Shown: one piece after another, positions 1 through 12,657 of the stretch | Layout of the letters: each line of letters starts with the position of its first letter | Position numbering within the stretch: the stretch's first letter is position 1 | Source of the DNA: Octopus vulgaris | Taxonomy: Eukaryota | Reading direction: 5' to 3' | Assembly (NCBI GenBank): GCA_951406725.2 | Contig: OX597835.1 | Location: 41,106,001 to 41,170,000 of the forward strand | Length of the DNA stretch: 64,000 bases | Made by a program: the position numbers and the translations under genes | The notes under the pieces: generated by a model | The model's input: the letters and a program-made list of their open reading frames with translations, nothing else | Told to the model about the DNA's origin: nothing | The model's database searches: none

Positions 1-989
1 ACCAGACTCCAATCTGATCTGGCTGAGTTTCTACAGCTGGATGACCTTCCTAACGCCAATCACTCTGAGAGTGTAGTGGGTACTTTTACGTGCCACCGGC
101 ACGAGGGCCAGTCTGGTGGTACTGGCAATGGCCACACTCAAATGGTGTTTTTTACGTGTCACCTGCACAGGAGTCAGTCCAGCGGCACTGGTAATGACCT
201 CGTTCGAATGTTTTGTTCACATTTTTATTAATTTTGTTGGTGATTTGCTGTACTTGAGAAGACACATCAAGCTAGGTAAAATTGCAGTATTCTATACGTA
301 CAGGCTTGTCCTTTACTGGTGTTAGTGTCTCATAAAATGTGCTCGTACAGGTGCTGCATAAATACACCCATGCCACTGGCACTTGAAAAGCACCCAGCGC
401 TCTCTGTAAAGTGGTTGGCATCAGGAAGGGCATCCAGTCATAGAAAACATGCCAATACGGACAACTGGAGTTTGGACAGTTCCCCAGCTGGCCAGATCCT
501 CTCAAACCATCCAAACCATCCAGCATGGAAAATGGACATTAAATGATGATGATTTCCTCCCCAATCACATATTGCTCTCAGGTTTTGGCATAAGGCCAGC
601 AATTTCGGGAGAAGGCTAGGTTAATTAGATCGACCCTAGTGCTCAACTGGTACTTATTTTATTAACTCCAAAAGGACAAGAGACAAAGTTGACCTCAGTA
701 GAATTTGAACTCAGAATGTAAAGACAGACGAAATACCACCAAGCATTTTGCCAAGTATTGTAGGGATTCTGCTAGCTCACCACCTTATTGATCATGTATT
801 AGCATCTTCTTTCTTTCCCTTTTATGGAACCTGTCATAGTTTTAATATTGAATTCGGTAATAGCCTAACTTGGCCAAATTTAGTAGCATTAACTGGTACC
901 TCAGTAGTTTTAGCTAAGTTCAGTTTGTTGTAAGAATTTGGATCAGGGTTCTACATTTTTGCTGCAGATCTTGACCTAGAGATGTTTAA

Positions 990-1210
990 CCCTTTCGTTA
1001 CCAACCCGGCTGGAACCAGCTCTGGCTCTGTTGTACAAATGTCTTGTTTTCTTAAGGTTTTAATTAAAATCTTCCACCAAACCGTAATCACAATTTATGT
1101 TCCTAACACTAGCTGAATGATAACTAAGTTATTTTACTAAATTCTTTGTTATATTTAAAGCAACTGAAAAAAACACAGAGCATCTCAAAATAAATACAGT
1201 AACGAAAGGG
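990..1210 (-). mobile_element. piggyBac-type MITE (about 221 bp)
   Basis: TTAA TSD on both sides and a 12-bp TIR CCCTTTCGTTAC. Confidence 0.88.
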
Positions 1211-2540
1211 TTAAACTAGCCGCTGGCTGCATCAATGTCAGTTGTCAGTAGAGAAGGGCTTGCGGATATAATGGGGGCCCTGCTCCCTTTCCTCACTAAA
1301 TTATGTTTGAAAAAGACGAAAGCTTTTCTGTTCTGCCTATCAGTCCAGGGTTGTAGACTTGGTACATCTGGTTTAATAACATTCCTTGACGCTTAGGTGT
1401 CTTTAATAAAGTCCAATCTGTTGTGGGGTAGACTTGACCCTTTAGTATTTAAACAGGCCATATCTGGCCCAAATATTCTACCTCTTTTCTGTTGAAACCA
1501 GCCAGATCTTATCTGTCGCACCTACCCTACAATGCCATTCTAAATATAAATAACCACATCATTGAAATCTCAAAGCTACAAGTTAATACATGATTAATTC
1601 AAAAACAAAGTGAATAAATAAGCCATTTGACATTTGAGAGAAGAATCTGAATGCATACAGTTAAGTTGCCTACATTAACACCACCACCTCACTTTTAGCT
1701 GCCTTTACAGGAGTTTACTATTGCAAACCTTCAGGCCAGCTCTCTGTTTTGAGGGTAATTTCTTCCTTTTTTCACCCCTAGTCTTGGTGGCCCTTCTCTC
1801 TTTGCTAACAGATAGAACACTACTTACTTTCACTTTCGCTTTGTCCATTTTGTTAAATTTCAGAATGCTAATATATAACATGCTGTTGTTGTTGTTGAGG
1901 CTTACATTCAAGTTAACTCTGAGCAAAGGCATTCCAGCTGTGACCATCCCATCTTTTTTAAGACTTAATTACCAAATGTTCCTTTCCTTATTTAAATCAA
2001 CCATATCCAGCCCAAATATCCTACTTGTTTTATTTTAAAACGGGCCAAGTTCAACCTTTTGTAGCAACCCTACAGTGTCATTCAAAAAACAAGCAACCCC
2101 ATCATAAAAATCTTGAAGCTATGAGATAATGCCTGATTATTTTCAAATGATGATGATGATGGAGAATAAGTATTACATTTGACAGAGTAATCATCATCAT
2201 CATCATCATCATTTAACATCCGTTCTCCATGCTGGCATGGGTTGGATGGTTTGATCAGAACTGGTGAGGCCGGGGACTGCACCAAGCTCCATTGTCTGTT
2301 CTGGCTTGGTTTCTACAGCTGGATGCCCTTCCCAATGCCAACCACTCCATAGAGTGTACTGGGTGCTTTTTATGTGGGTAAAGACTGTAGGCTGTGATTT
2401 TAGGGAGCTTTGGTGTCCTTCTCAGTATAACAACATGCAAGACTAATAGGAAATCCAAATTTTTGTAGAACACTCCCCTCTTCTACCAGACTTCTGTTTC
2501 TTTTTATTTACTGAGGAATTCTTCATCTTTCACCTGACAG

Positions 2541-2628
2541 AGCTCCACGTTTCAAAGGCTTCCAACAACAAGACAGCCATGAGTTGCTTCACACTCTTTT
2601 AGACGTTATGAGAACTGAAGAAATAGAG
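2541..2628 (+). CDS. Usp16-45: USP16/USP45-family ubiquitin carboxyl-terminal hydrolase, first exon visible in window (QQD box)
   Basis: ctgacag acceptor and gtaagt donor. Encodes APRFKGFQQQDSHELLHTLLDVMRTEEIE, the USP 'QQD(S/A)xE' box as in USP16/45. Missed by the ORF track. Confidence 0.93.
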
Positions 2629-2686
2629 GTAAGTTCTGTGCTTTCTGATTCTGTTTTCCTATCTTTCAGTTGAAATCTCATTTTGA

Positions 2687-3319
2687 CCCTTAAGCATTTA
2701 AACTGGCCACATTCAGCCCATTCTACCTGTTTTATGTTCAAACCAGCCAGATCTGACATCTCACACCCACTCCAAAATGTCATTCTAAAGTATGGTACCT
2801 TGGGCAAGTGCCTTCTATTATAGCTTCAGGCTGACCAAAGCCTTCTGAATGGATTTGGTAGACGAAAACTGAAAGAAGGCCATCGTATATAACACACACA
2901 CACACACACACTCATCAATGTGTGTGTCTTTGTGTCTGTGTTTCTCCCCCACCACTGCTTGACAACCAGTGCTGGTGTGTTTATGTCCCCCATAACTTAG
3001 TGGTTCAGCAAACGAGATCGATAGAATAAGTACCAGGCTTTAAAAAGATAAGTCCTGGGGTCAATATGTTCCACTAAAAAGATCATCAAGGTGGTGCTCC
3101 AGCATGGCCTCAGACAAATGACTGAAACATTTAAAGGAATTAAAGAATATCATTGAAATCTCAAAACTGTCAAATAATTCATCTTTAATTCAACATAATG
3201 TGAATACATAAGCATTAGATTCGACAGTACCTTGGACAAGTATCTTCCATGCCAATCAGAACCTTTTCAGTGGATTTGGTAGGCAGAAACTGAAATGAGC
3301 TTGTTATAATGCTAAAGGG
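2687..3319 (+). mobile_element. Second, older piggyBac-type MITE family (TIR CCCTTTAGCATT), interrupted by SINE pieces
   Basis: cccttaagcatttaaac at the left end and aatgctaaaggg-ttaa at the right end. Related copies at about 1438-1660, 1980-2190, 54390-54500 and 58333-58535. Confidence 0.6.
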
Positions 3320-3461
3320 TTAATTAAAACATTTTCCTGTGGTCTTCATCAATTAACCTTCCAGTCTCCTCGACTCACTCTTTCATTTCCTTATTCACTA
3401 ACGTCATCACATATGTTGCTATTGTTTATCTCAATTCTAATATATTTATCCATTTATCTAG

Positions 3462-3540
3462 CGTGCTCACATGGGTATCAAGCATTATTTTAAGGTGAAT
3501 CTAAATAAAATTAACAACAAAACACACAGTAAAATTAAAG
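3462..3540 (+). CDS. Usp16-45: USP16/45 exon
   Basis: tctag acceptor and gtaagc donor. Encodes RAHMGIKHYFKVNLNKINNKTHSKIK+1 nt. Phase 0 in and phase 1 out match the neighbouring exons; length fits the segment between the QQD box and the FIDR.F motif. Confidence 0.85.
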
Positions 3541-4094
3541 GTAAGCCATGTCTTAATTTCATTTTTACCTTTTTTTTCCCATTTTTTCTTTAATAGAATT
3601 CATTAGACATAGAAAATAGAAAATTGTTTCTTTTTTTTTTATGATATCTTCTTTTTTTTACTTCGATATAGTGGCTCCATGTGATTCTCTGTCTATAATA
3701 TCTGTATGTTCTTCTAGTTGGATGTTTCAGAGAATCACAATGGCCCACTGTAGGTTTTTGAGGATTAGAAAATGGCCCACAACAGAAAGAACACATGTGG
3801 TTGCATGGTCTGCTAGAAATAGCTGCCAAGTCTTCCTAAAAATCACATCCTACCTTCTTCTTCAAAAAAAAAACATAAAAGGATGACAATAATAATGTTC
3901 TCATTTATATTGTCCTAAATATACTAAGACTGGATGGTCATCACTGGGATGCCTTTGTGTTGGTCTCCTGGATCAGAGCTGAACTGGGTTAAACAATAAC
4001 TATTGAGATGTTTGCTTAGCAAATGGCAATACCGTCTCCCTTTAAAGTGGCATCTTGAAATCCTGAGATATTTTTGTTGTTCATGATGACTTAA

Positions 4095-4317
4095 CCCTTT
4101 CGTTACTGTATTTACTTTGAGATGCTCTGTGTTTCTTTCAATTATTTTAAATATAACAAAGAATTTAGTAAAATATCTTCGTTATCATTAATCTAGTGTT
4201 AGGAACATTAATTGTGATTAAGGTTTGGTGAAAGATTTTAATTCAAAACTTATGAAAACAAGACATTTGTACTACAGAGCCCCAGAGCCGGTTTTGGCCA
4301 GGTTAGTAACAAAAGGG
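4095..4317 (+). mobile_element. piggyBac-type MITE
   Basis: TTAA flanks, same TIR and body as 990-1210. Confidence 0.88.
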
Positions 4318-4516
4318 TTAAGTGACTTAAGTAAAATCTTTCTCTCTTTCTTTCTTTCTCCCTCCCTCCTTCCTTCCTTTCCCTCTCTTCTGTTTCTCTC
4401 TTGCTTCTTGCCCCCCCCCCCCCTCTCACACATACACTACCGTTGTTTTTTTCCCAGCCCCTAAATGACATTCTTTCACATTATCTTCATTTATTTTCCC
4501 TCCTTGTTTTCTGCAG

Positions 4517-4605
4517 AGTATTGCCGCCAAGCAAAGTACACCTTTATCGATCGTCTGTTTGGAGGCCATCTAATCAGCACTGTCTCATGTGGCGTCTGCC
4601 AACAT
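4517..4605 (+). CDS. Usp16-45: USP16/45 exon (first CxxC of the fingers subdomain)
   Basis: ctgcag acceptor and gtaagt donor. Encodes (E)YCRQAKYTFIDRLFGGHLISTVSCGVCQH, the typical USP 'I..LF.G.L.S.V.C..C' motif. Confidence 0.93.
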
Positions 4606-5132
4606 GTAAGTCTTTCAACTTTCTACACTTCCCATTCAATTTTCTACTCTTCATCTCCCACCCTAACATGGTGTGGAATGTTGTGTTGTATTCTGACTCC
4701 TTTGACTCTAACAATATGCCTCAAAGACTCTCAAGCAATATGATGACAAAACCTAGCATTTTCTAAACAGTGGTGGATTAAGTTCTACAAAGATGAATGA
4801 AAGATGATTCTTAATTCTGAATAAAATAGGCGCAGGAGTGGCTGTGTGGTAAGTAGCTTGCTTACCAACCACATGGTTCAGGGTTCATTCCCACTGCATG
4901 GCACCTTGGGCAAGTGTCTTCTACGGTAGCCTTGGGCCGACCAAAGCCTTGTGAGTGGATTTGGTAGACGGAAACTGAAAGAAGCCCGTCGTATACATGT
5001 ATATGTAGTTGCCAAGTCTTCCTTCATCTCTTTATGACAACTTTTAGACCAAAACTTAGAACTGACTTCCTGCTATACGCATGTTGTTTTACATCTTGCT
5101 TTGTTGACAAAGGGAGATTACTTGTACTTATA

Positions 5133-5519
5133 TCTCTCTCTATATATAAACAGCAAAATGTCTGTCTGTGTGTGTGTGTGTGTGTGTATGTATCCTTTAT
5201 ACAAATCCACAATTTTTCAGTTAGAGGGCTCGTACTTTCTATGGTCATTCAAAACCGTCCAAGGGTGGTCGTGCACATCTTTACATTTCCCCAGTTACCC
5301 CGTAAGCCATTTAAAAAAATCAATAGAAATGACTTTTTGGTGAATTTTCTATCCAAAACCCAATCAAAATGCCCAAAACCTGATACGCCAATTGAATGCC
5401 AGCTAGCTGTATGTGATTGGTGGGAGATTTGGACAGTACTCGCGTGTATGTGCGCATGCACGCAGCTGTATATGCATGCACTAGTACTATAACCCGGCAA
5501 CGCTGGGTCATAGTGCTAG
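5133..5519 (+). mobile_element. Non-autonomous Helitron
   Basis: A^TC start, 3' hairpin and CTAG^T end, with no TSD. A second copy lies at 38016-38383. Confidence 0.82.
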
Positions 5520-5838
5520 TGTAATTATAATTGAATTTAGTAAAATAAACGAGAACCAAACAAAAATATCTTTGGAATTAATGCTTTGACTCTTCTCCAC
5601 AACTTGTATTTGATGACGTTAGTCATTTTACCAACTGCAAATAGTGAAAGAAATTAGTTTTAAATGAAAAACACTCACATGTCACTTACAATATATTAGG
5701 TCAATTTAAATATATTATCTCTGGAAGGAATATATCATCAAGAACAGAAGAAGATATCCAACAAACCATACATTTATATCTTTTATTTTCTCTTCTTTTC
5801 CTGCCTTAACGAATCCCCATTTTGTTTTTGTCTTTCAG

Positions 5839-5895
5839 ATGTCTCAAATATTTGAACCATTTCTGGATCTTTCTCTGCCTGTGATTGAAGAAAAG
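5839..5895 (+). CDS. Usp16-45: USP16/45 exon
   Basis: tttcag acceptor and gtaagt donor. Encodes MSQIFEPFLDLSLPVIEEK, the USP 'E.F.DLSLP' box. Confidence 0.93.
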
Positions 5896-5911
5896 GTAAG
5901 TAGTCTGTCTG

Positions 5912-5942
<31 letters not shown>

Positions 5943-5949
5943 GTCTCTG

Positions 5950-5994
<45 letters not shown>

Positions 5995-6081
5995 AACCCA
6001 CTCTCATGTGAACTAATATCTCTGTTAAATTCAGAAAAATTTCTGCAAGAACTAATCAATGCTTTATTGATCTATTTTTAG

Positions 6082-6231
6082 CCTCTTCGACCAAACCTGT
6101 CAGTTGGAACTAAGAAGAAGGATTCTGCAAATGGTTATTCTCATGAAACGGCACCAGTAGTGGAGAATGTTGCCAAGCCTATGAGTAAATATGCTGAACG
6201 CAAGTTGAAGAGACAGACCAAGAAAGAAAAG
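6082..6231 (+). CDS. Usp16-45: USP16/45 exon (basic insertion)
   Basis: ttttag acceptor and gtaagt donor. 150 nt, open: PLRPNLSVGTKKKD...SKYAERKLKRQTKKEK. USP16/45 have a Lys-rich insertion at this position. Confidence 0.85.
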
Positions 6232-6974
6232 GTAAGTTTGCTGTTGTGACAATCCAGCTGTGACCATCCTGTCTTATAGGGGTTGTGTAATGCTACATTA
6301 TTTAGTGTGTGTGTGTTTTATTTTGAAGGCAATAATGTGATGTGAGAGAGATTTGGCCATTATTTTAGTAGGTTGAACGAGGAATCATGCAATGATTCTT
6401 TCATTAATTCAAGACATTTGTTGTTGTTTAGCCCAGGTTAGCCCTCTGTGGAGAGAACTATTATTAGAAACACTCCAATTGTGACCCTCTCATTTATTTT
6501 TGAAATGGTATTTGGAGGGTAACATTAATTAATGGCATTTTTTTACATAAGGCAACAAGATGTAAATCGAGGGAAATTTGGTTGCTATTTCTAGCTTCAG
6601 TTACTGTGTATGTTCCATTGTCACAGTTAAGCCCAAGACCACCCTGATTGGGCAGATCTGTTGGCAAAAATATTCCAGCCATAACCATTCCATGTTTTTC
6701 AGGCATTGTGTACCCTGGACTGCATTATCTAATGTGTCTGTTTAAGATGGTTGAGTGGTAGAGTATGATTTGAGGATAGTTTGGCTGCTATCTCTAGAAA
6801 GTTGAATGACCACATAGCAGCTTCCATATTAGATCAGATGATAATAACAGCCTTGAAATAAAATGGTCTGGGTAGGGGTTCGTGGCTGTGTAGTAAGATG
6901 CTTGCTTTCCAACCAGAAGGTTCTAGGTTCAGTCCTAGAACTGGCATGTGGTGTGATGTGACATAGGTAGTCTC

Positions 6975-7322
6975 AGTGTCTCCAGATGCTCAATCCCTTC
7001 CCTTGTGCCCCCAGCTCTAGCTGTTATCTCTCTCTCCAATGTCCCCAGTTAGAGATGTTTAAGCCCCCTTCCTTGATGTCCCCATCTGTTGATGCTTAAT
7101 CCCTTCACTGTCTCCAGTTGTAGTCATTTATCCCCTCCCCCTCTCAATGCCCCCAGTTATTAATGTTTAACCTCATCCCCCAATGCCCCCAGCTCTGGCT
7201 GTTATCTGTCCCCAGTTAGAGATGTTTAACCCCCTTCCTTGATGCCCCCCCCCCACCTGTTGATTCTTAAACTCTTCATTGTCCCCAGTTAAACATTTAC
7301 CCCCCACCCCAGTGTCCCCAGT
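6975..7322. repeat. Degenerate minisatellite (about 30-35-bp unit)
   Basis: Recurrent tgtccccagtt...gtttaaccccc units, roughly 10 copies. Confidence 0.75.
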
Positions 7323-7337
7323 TTTTCTTTTGTTCTG

Positions 7338-8173
7338 TTCTTTTACTTGTTTCAGTCATCTGACTGTGGCCATGCTGGAGCACCGCTTTGAAGGGTTTTA
7401 GTTGAACTAATCAACCCCAGGACTTATTGTTTTTTAAAGCCTAGTACTTATTCTATTGGTCTCTTTTGCTGAACTGTTAAGTTATGGGGATGTAAACACC
7501 CCAACACTGGCTGTCAGGTGGTGATGGAGGGACAAACACAAGCACAAAAACACACACACACACACATGATGGGCTTCTTTCAGTCTCCATCTACCAAATC
7601 CACTCACAAGGCTTTGGTCGGCCCGAGGCTAAGATAGAAGACACTTGCCCAAGGTGCCACACAGTGGGACTGAACCTAGAACCTTCAGGTTGGGAAGCAA
7701 GCATCTTAGTACACAACCACGAATCCCTACCCACTGTCCATTCTATAGAACTCTTTACTCTTTTACTTGTTTCAGTCATGTGACTGTGGCTATGCTTGAG
7801 CACCGCCTTTAGTCGAGCAAATTGACCCCAGGACTTATTCTTTGGAAGCCTAGTACTTATTCTATCGGTCTCTTTTGCCGAACCGCTAAGTTACGGGGAC
7901 GTAAACACACCAGCACAGGTTGTCAAGTGATATTGGGGAGACAAACACAGACATACAAACACATACACACACACACACACAAACATATGTATATATATAT
8001 ATATATATACGATGGGCTACTTTTCAGTTTCCATCTACCAAATCCACTCCCAAGGCTTTGGTTGGCCCGAGGATATAGTAGAAGACACTTTCCCAAGGTG
8101 CTACGCAGTGGGACTGAACCTGGAACCATGTGGTTGGTAAGCAAGCTACTTACCACACAGCCACTCCTGTGCC
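7338..8173 (-). mobile_element. Two tandem SINE family 1 copies
   Basis: Copies at about 7338-7720 and 7750-8173 match the reverse complement of 19933-20335. Confidence 0.85.
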
Positions 8174-8292
8174 TATTTTGATGAAAAAGTCTACAACTCT
8201 TCTACAATCTTTGATTTCTTCAAATCTATTTCTGTTTTTTTTTTTTATATATTTTTTTTCACTCTTTTTGCTTTTTTTTCTTCCTTTTTCAG

Positions 8293-8512
8293 CGTAAGAT
8301 GAATAAAGCTCGGAACCAATTGAGTCAGTTGTCGCTCGAAGAGAAGACCGAAGCTGAGGGGAACGAGAGCAAATGTGAGCAAGAGAAGGCCAATAACGAA
8401 GAGGATGAGAATGGAGAGGATGAGGAAGAAGAGGAGGAGGAAGTTGAGAATGAGAAAGAATCCCAAGAGAAAGCAGAAGAGACGAGGAGTAATTGTAAAG
8501 AAGATACTTCTG
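8293..8512 (+). CDS. Usp16-45: USP16/45 exon (acidic insertion)
   Basis: Long pyrimidine tract with ttcag acceptor, and gtaagc donor. Encodes RKMNKARNQLSQLSLEEK...EEEEEEE...KEDTS+1 nt; phases are consistent. Confidence 0.85.
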
Positions 8513-8829
8513 GTAAGCCATAGTGTTCCATTCATTGGTTTTGTACATTGACCTGCTAGAATTAGCAGCTAAATTTCACTCAAATGACACTTATTATTTA
8601 ACAAGACACCTGTACTGTTTCCACCCTGTCATACTTCGGTCTCTCAACATCTGGCATAAAACCACCTTCCTCCCTCTTGAATACTTATCTCCACCCATTG
8701 AGTCAAGGAGGCTTCTTCTAGTTTCCTTTTTTCCTGTTCTTGCTTTGTAAGTTTGTTTGGTGACAGATGGAAGACAGATGCTAAACAATAATATCAATGA
8801 TGATATGTGTGTGTATATTTTATATTTAA

Positions 8830-9526
8830 AATAATAATAATAATAATAATAATGAAATTATTGTATACAGTGCTCAGGTGCACCACAACTTGTCAGAGTA
8901 TATGCAGTAATGTACAAATGTCTGGAAAGCGAACAGTGTATGAGTCAGATACATGCTTGCGTGTGTATGGAGGGGAGAAAAATGTAGTGTTGGTGAGTCT
9001 CAGGAAGCATGGAAGTTTCGAAGGATGCAGTGCTCCGACAACTAACAACTGATGCCGGCAGTTTGTTCCATGCTTCAGAAACTCTTAGCATGAAAAAATG
9101 TTTCCGAAAGTCATGGGAGCTGTGCTGTTTTCTGACTTTGTAAACATGTCCACAGGTGTTAGACGGGTGGAATTTGAAAAGGTGCTCAGAGTTATTGTTT
9201 GTAAGATGGTTGATAATTTTATGGGTGTCTGCCAAGTCAGCTGCCAGACGTCGGAATTTCTATGTGTCCATGCCCAGGGAAGTGAGGTGTTCAGAATATG
9301 GCAAATGCTTGATGGAGGGTATTCTTTTGGTTGCACGTCGCTGAACGGCTTCCAGACAATTGATATCCTGGGCAAGATAGGGGTTCCAGACTGGTGATAG
9401 AAATTCCAGGTGAGGTCGTATCATAGCTATATAAAGCCGCAGATAGATAGTCGGAGAGCGGCTCAGGACTTGGTGAGTGATGCCAAGACACCCTCAGCCT
9501 TCTTGACAATTTTAGCGATGTGTTTT
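8830..9526 (-). mobile_element. 5'-truncated CR1-group LINE (same family as 27889-28584)
   Basis: Near-identical to the 27889 copy, with an (ATT)n tail at 8830-8853. Confidence 0.88.
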
Positions 9527-9762
9527 TAGGAACGGCATCCAGCCATAGAAACCTTGCCAAAACAGACATTGGAGCTTAGTGCAGCTCTCTAGCTTACCAG
9601 ATCCTGTCGGACCATCCAGTCCATGCTACCATGGAAAATTGTTAAATGGTGATAATAATGACATATTTGATATTATAGTTTTGGGTGGACTATTTCTGGA
9701 AGACAGCCTTTATGGGCATGGCTGGAATGGCTTCGATTAGAGGTTTACTCAGTCATAGCTAG

Positions 9763-10121
9763 TATTTTGGGAGGGTCATTATGCCAGTAATAAACACATG
9801 CACTGGCTCTATCTCACTTCTTTTATTATTTATTTGTTGATTGGTTAACTATTTAGCCAATGAATTAATCAATGTTTGATTAATCATCCACTTGATCAAT
9901 CAATCAGTTGTGTTTGTTAAAGTCCTTTTGTCACTGTTTTCAACCTCATCAATCACATGCCCTCTCTGCTCCAGGCTGACAAACATGACTGATTGATTAA
10001 CTGAATGATTAATCAAACAAATGATTAATCAATTGATTAAATAGTTAACCAATTGATGAATAATGAAGTGAAATGCAAACAGTGTGTGTATATTTATTGG
10101 CATAATGACTCTGCCAGGATA
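9763..10121. mobile_element. Old foldback MITE (about 150-bp imperfect arms, TA at the ends)
   Basis: gtcattatgcca...ttggttaactattta...tgtttgattaatcat is mirrored by atgattaatcaaaca...taaatagttaaccaa...tggcataatgac. Confidence 0.7.
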
Positions 10122-10922
10122 CAATAAAATTTGGTACAACATGAGTTCACATCATGAATTTTGGACACCAAAAATGAAATGTGTAATTGAACTTTTTAAG
10201 AAAATAATATTAACTGGTAATAATTATGAAGTTAGGGAGTAATGGGTGCAATTTTAATCATCATTCACTTTTCTAAGCTGGTATGTGTTGGATGTGACTT
10301 TTTAAGGCAATATTTTATGCCTGAATGCTCTTTCTGATGCCAACCGTCAATGAATAATATTTTGTATTATGTTGCAAAAAAGAAAACTTTGGACATGTTT
10401 CTGTCTTATTATGATCTCATCAGAGTAGAGTACTTTTCATTATTATTTCTCCCTGTTATAGATATTTCTAGCAAGCAACCATGTACATGAAAATTTATTG
10501 ACTCAACATGGTAACTATACTACAACATTCACATGTTGTATTATGCTTACCACTAATTATTCATTTTGTAGAAATGTCCAATCCATATTAGTGAAGGAAT
10601 AAAGAAAACTAAAATATTAAAGCATTTTATTATTAAATCACTTTGCCACCCAAAATATTTGTTCAATATTAATTGTTAAATGCTGTTTTTAATTAAATAT
10701 TTGAATTGTCTCATTTTCACTGTCAGTCTATACATTTGATGTAATTTCTCAGTTGCGCGCGCGTGTGTGTGTGGTTTTGGTGTAATTTTAAGACTGGGTG
10801 TGTGTATATGTGTGTGCATGCATTTGGTGTAATTTTAAGATGGTGTGAGTGTATGTGTGTGTTTAGTAAGATTCTAACTTTATTTTTTCATTCTGTTCTT
10901 TTACCTCTTAATTTTTTGAAAG

Positions 10923-11846
10923 ATGCAGATATTGAAGATAATATAGACAATGAAGGCAACCGTCTTCAAAATAAGGAAAACAGAAGTATATCAAAGAGTA
11001 AATTAGATGAAAGTTCTGGCTCTTTAAAGAAAGATTCGGAGAAGGATGAAGAATCTACCTTAAAAGAATCTATTAGTACAAACCATGTAGAAAATTCCTC
11101 AGTGGATTCTTTGCAACATCCACTGGAAACTCTAGACCAAAACGCTACATACTGTACAGAAACAGGAAATATAGAGAATAAAATTAGTTATGAAACAAAT
11201 CGGTCGGCCTCTTTAGAATTGAATGAAAATGTAATATCTCGGGGCAGCCTGGACAAAGATTCTAGTTTGAATGACATGGAAGAGGACAGCAATAGAATGG
11301 CTTCATTCGACACTTTCTCTTCCATGGAAATAGCAAATCATACAGATAGTTCCATCAAACCATCTTTCTCTGATGAGTTGGAGAAAGGAGCTATTGAAGC
11401 TTCGGAATCGGTGTCCAAATGCTTCAGTACTGAAACCTTACCGGAGGCGCCAGCCAAAATGGTATCCATTCACGAAGAAATACAGTGCGAAGGGGAGAAC
11501 AACTCGCATGGTTTGGGCCATACTCTTAGTTCTGTGGCGACAAAATCGTCAATGTGTGTTGCTCAGATGTTATCAAACTGTAGCCAGGGCCCTCCACTCG
11601 CCCATCCAGAAGAAGGTGACCTCGACGATCTTGATGACAAAGAATATGTCAACATGAGTTCAATCAAACGCCAGGCACAAGCCAAGTCTATGTCCACCCT
11701 AACACCTCGATCTCGTTTAACAACCCGCAAGTGCTCCATCTTGTCATCTTTACACCAGTTCACATCGGCAGAACTTCTAACGGGCAATAACAAAGTACGG
11801 TGTAAAAACTGCAGCCAGAGGAAAGAGAAACATTCTTCAAGTAACA
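10923..11846 (+). CDS. Usp16-45: USP16/45 large exon (low-complexity insertion plus second CxxC)
   Basis: Lies inside ORF 10763-12229. Acceptor ttttttgaaag, donor gtaagt at 11847. Runs DADIEDN...CSILSSLHQFTSAELLTGNNKVRCKNC, matching the USP16/45 'S..SCL.QFT..E.L.G.NK..C..C' motif. Confidence 0.9.
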
Positions 11847-12234
11847 GTAAGTTGGTCTTTCTGTATCTTTTGCGTGATTTTTTTAATGTTTTATCTCTTG
11901 ATTCAGTCATTGGATTGCGGCCATGCTGGGGCACCGCCTTGAAGGGTTTTTTTTTACTCAAACGAATCGACTCTAGTACTTATATATTTTTAAAACCAGA
12001 TACTTATTCTATCGGTCTCTTTTACCAAACCATTTTGAACTTTTCCTCTCGTTTCTTCCTTTTCCCCTTTTCAAACATCCCTTCTTTTTTTTTTCTTTCT
12101 TTCATCTCTGTATTTTTTCCATATTTTACTCTTTCAGTCCGTTATTCTCTTTTATACCTTCCTTTAATCGTTGTTCAAGAAACATTGGTTTTTTTCCTAT
12201 TGTTTCTTGAGGATTTTTCCATAGTTTAGTATTG

Positions 12235-12285
<51 letters not shown>

Positions 12286-12657
12286 ATAAAAACTGGCCAG
12301 ATAACAGAAGTGAGAGAATTTATGGTTATTCTATCCTTCAACACCTATAAATACATGCACACACACACTGATAAATATAATTGTGCTGTGACAGAATGAA
12401 CAGACTACACATCAGAATGTATCATGGCAATTCTTTGAACCCTTATCCTTATTATGATAGATATGTATAAGTACATACTTGAACCGGAGTCTTTGCTGTT
12501 GAGCCTTGATTACTAAGTCTTTATCACTGAGCCTTTGTTACTGATTCTTTGAGCACAGATGTTTGTCACAGAGCCTTTGTTACTGAGTGTTTGTCTCTGA
12601 GCTTTCTATTTAATAAAAGATATTTTGGCTTCCATCTACTCAGTGAAGCAATATTAA

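Noticed and set aside
1711-1754. Additional upstream USP exon (tttacag...gtaatt)
   Set aside because: No frame resembles the expected 'GPLT...P..LF..(V/L)C' segment, so the preceding exon probably lies before the window.
10763-12229. 488-aa ORF as a stand-alone gene
   Set aside because: Only 10923-11846 is exonic; the flanks are (TG)n intron and a SINE tail.
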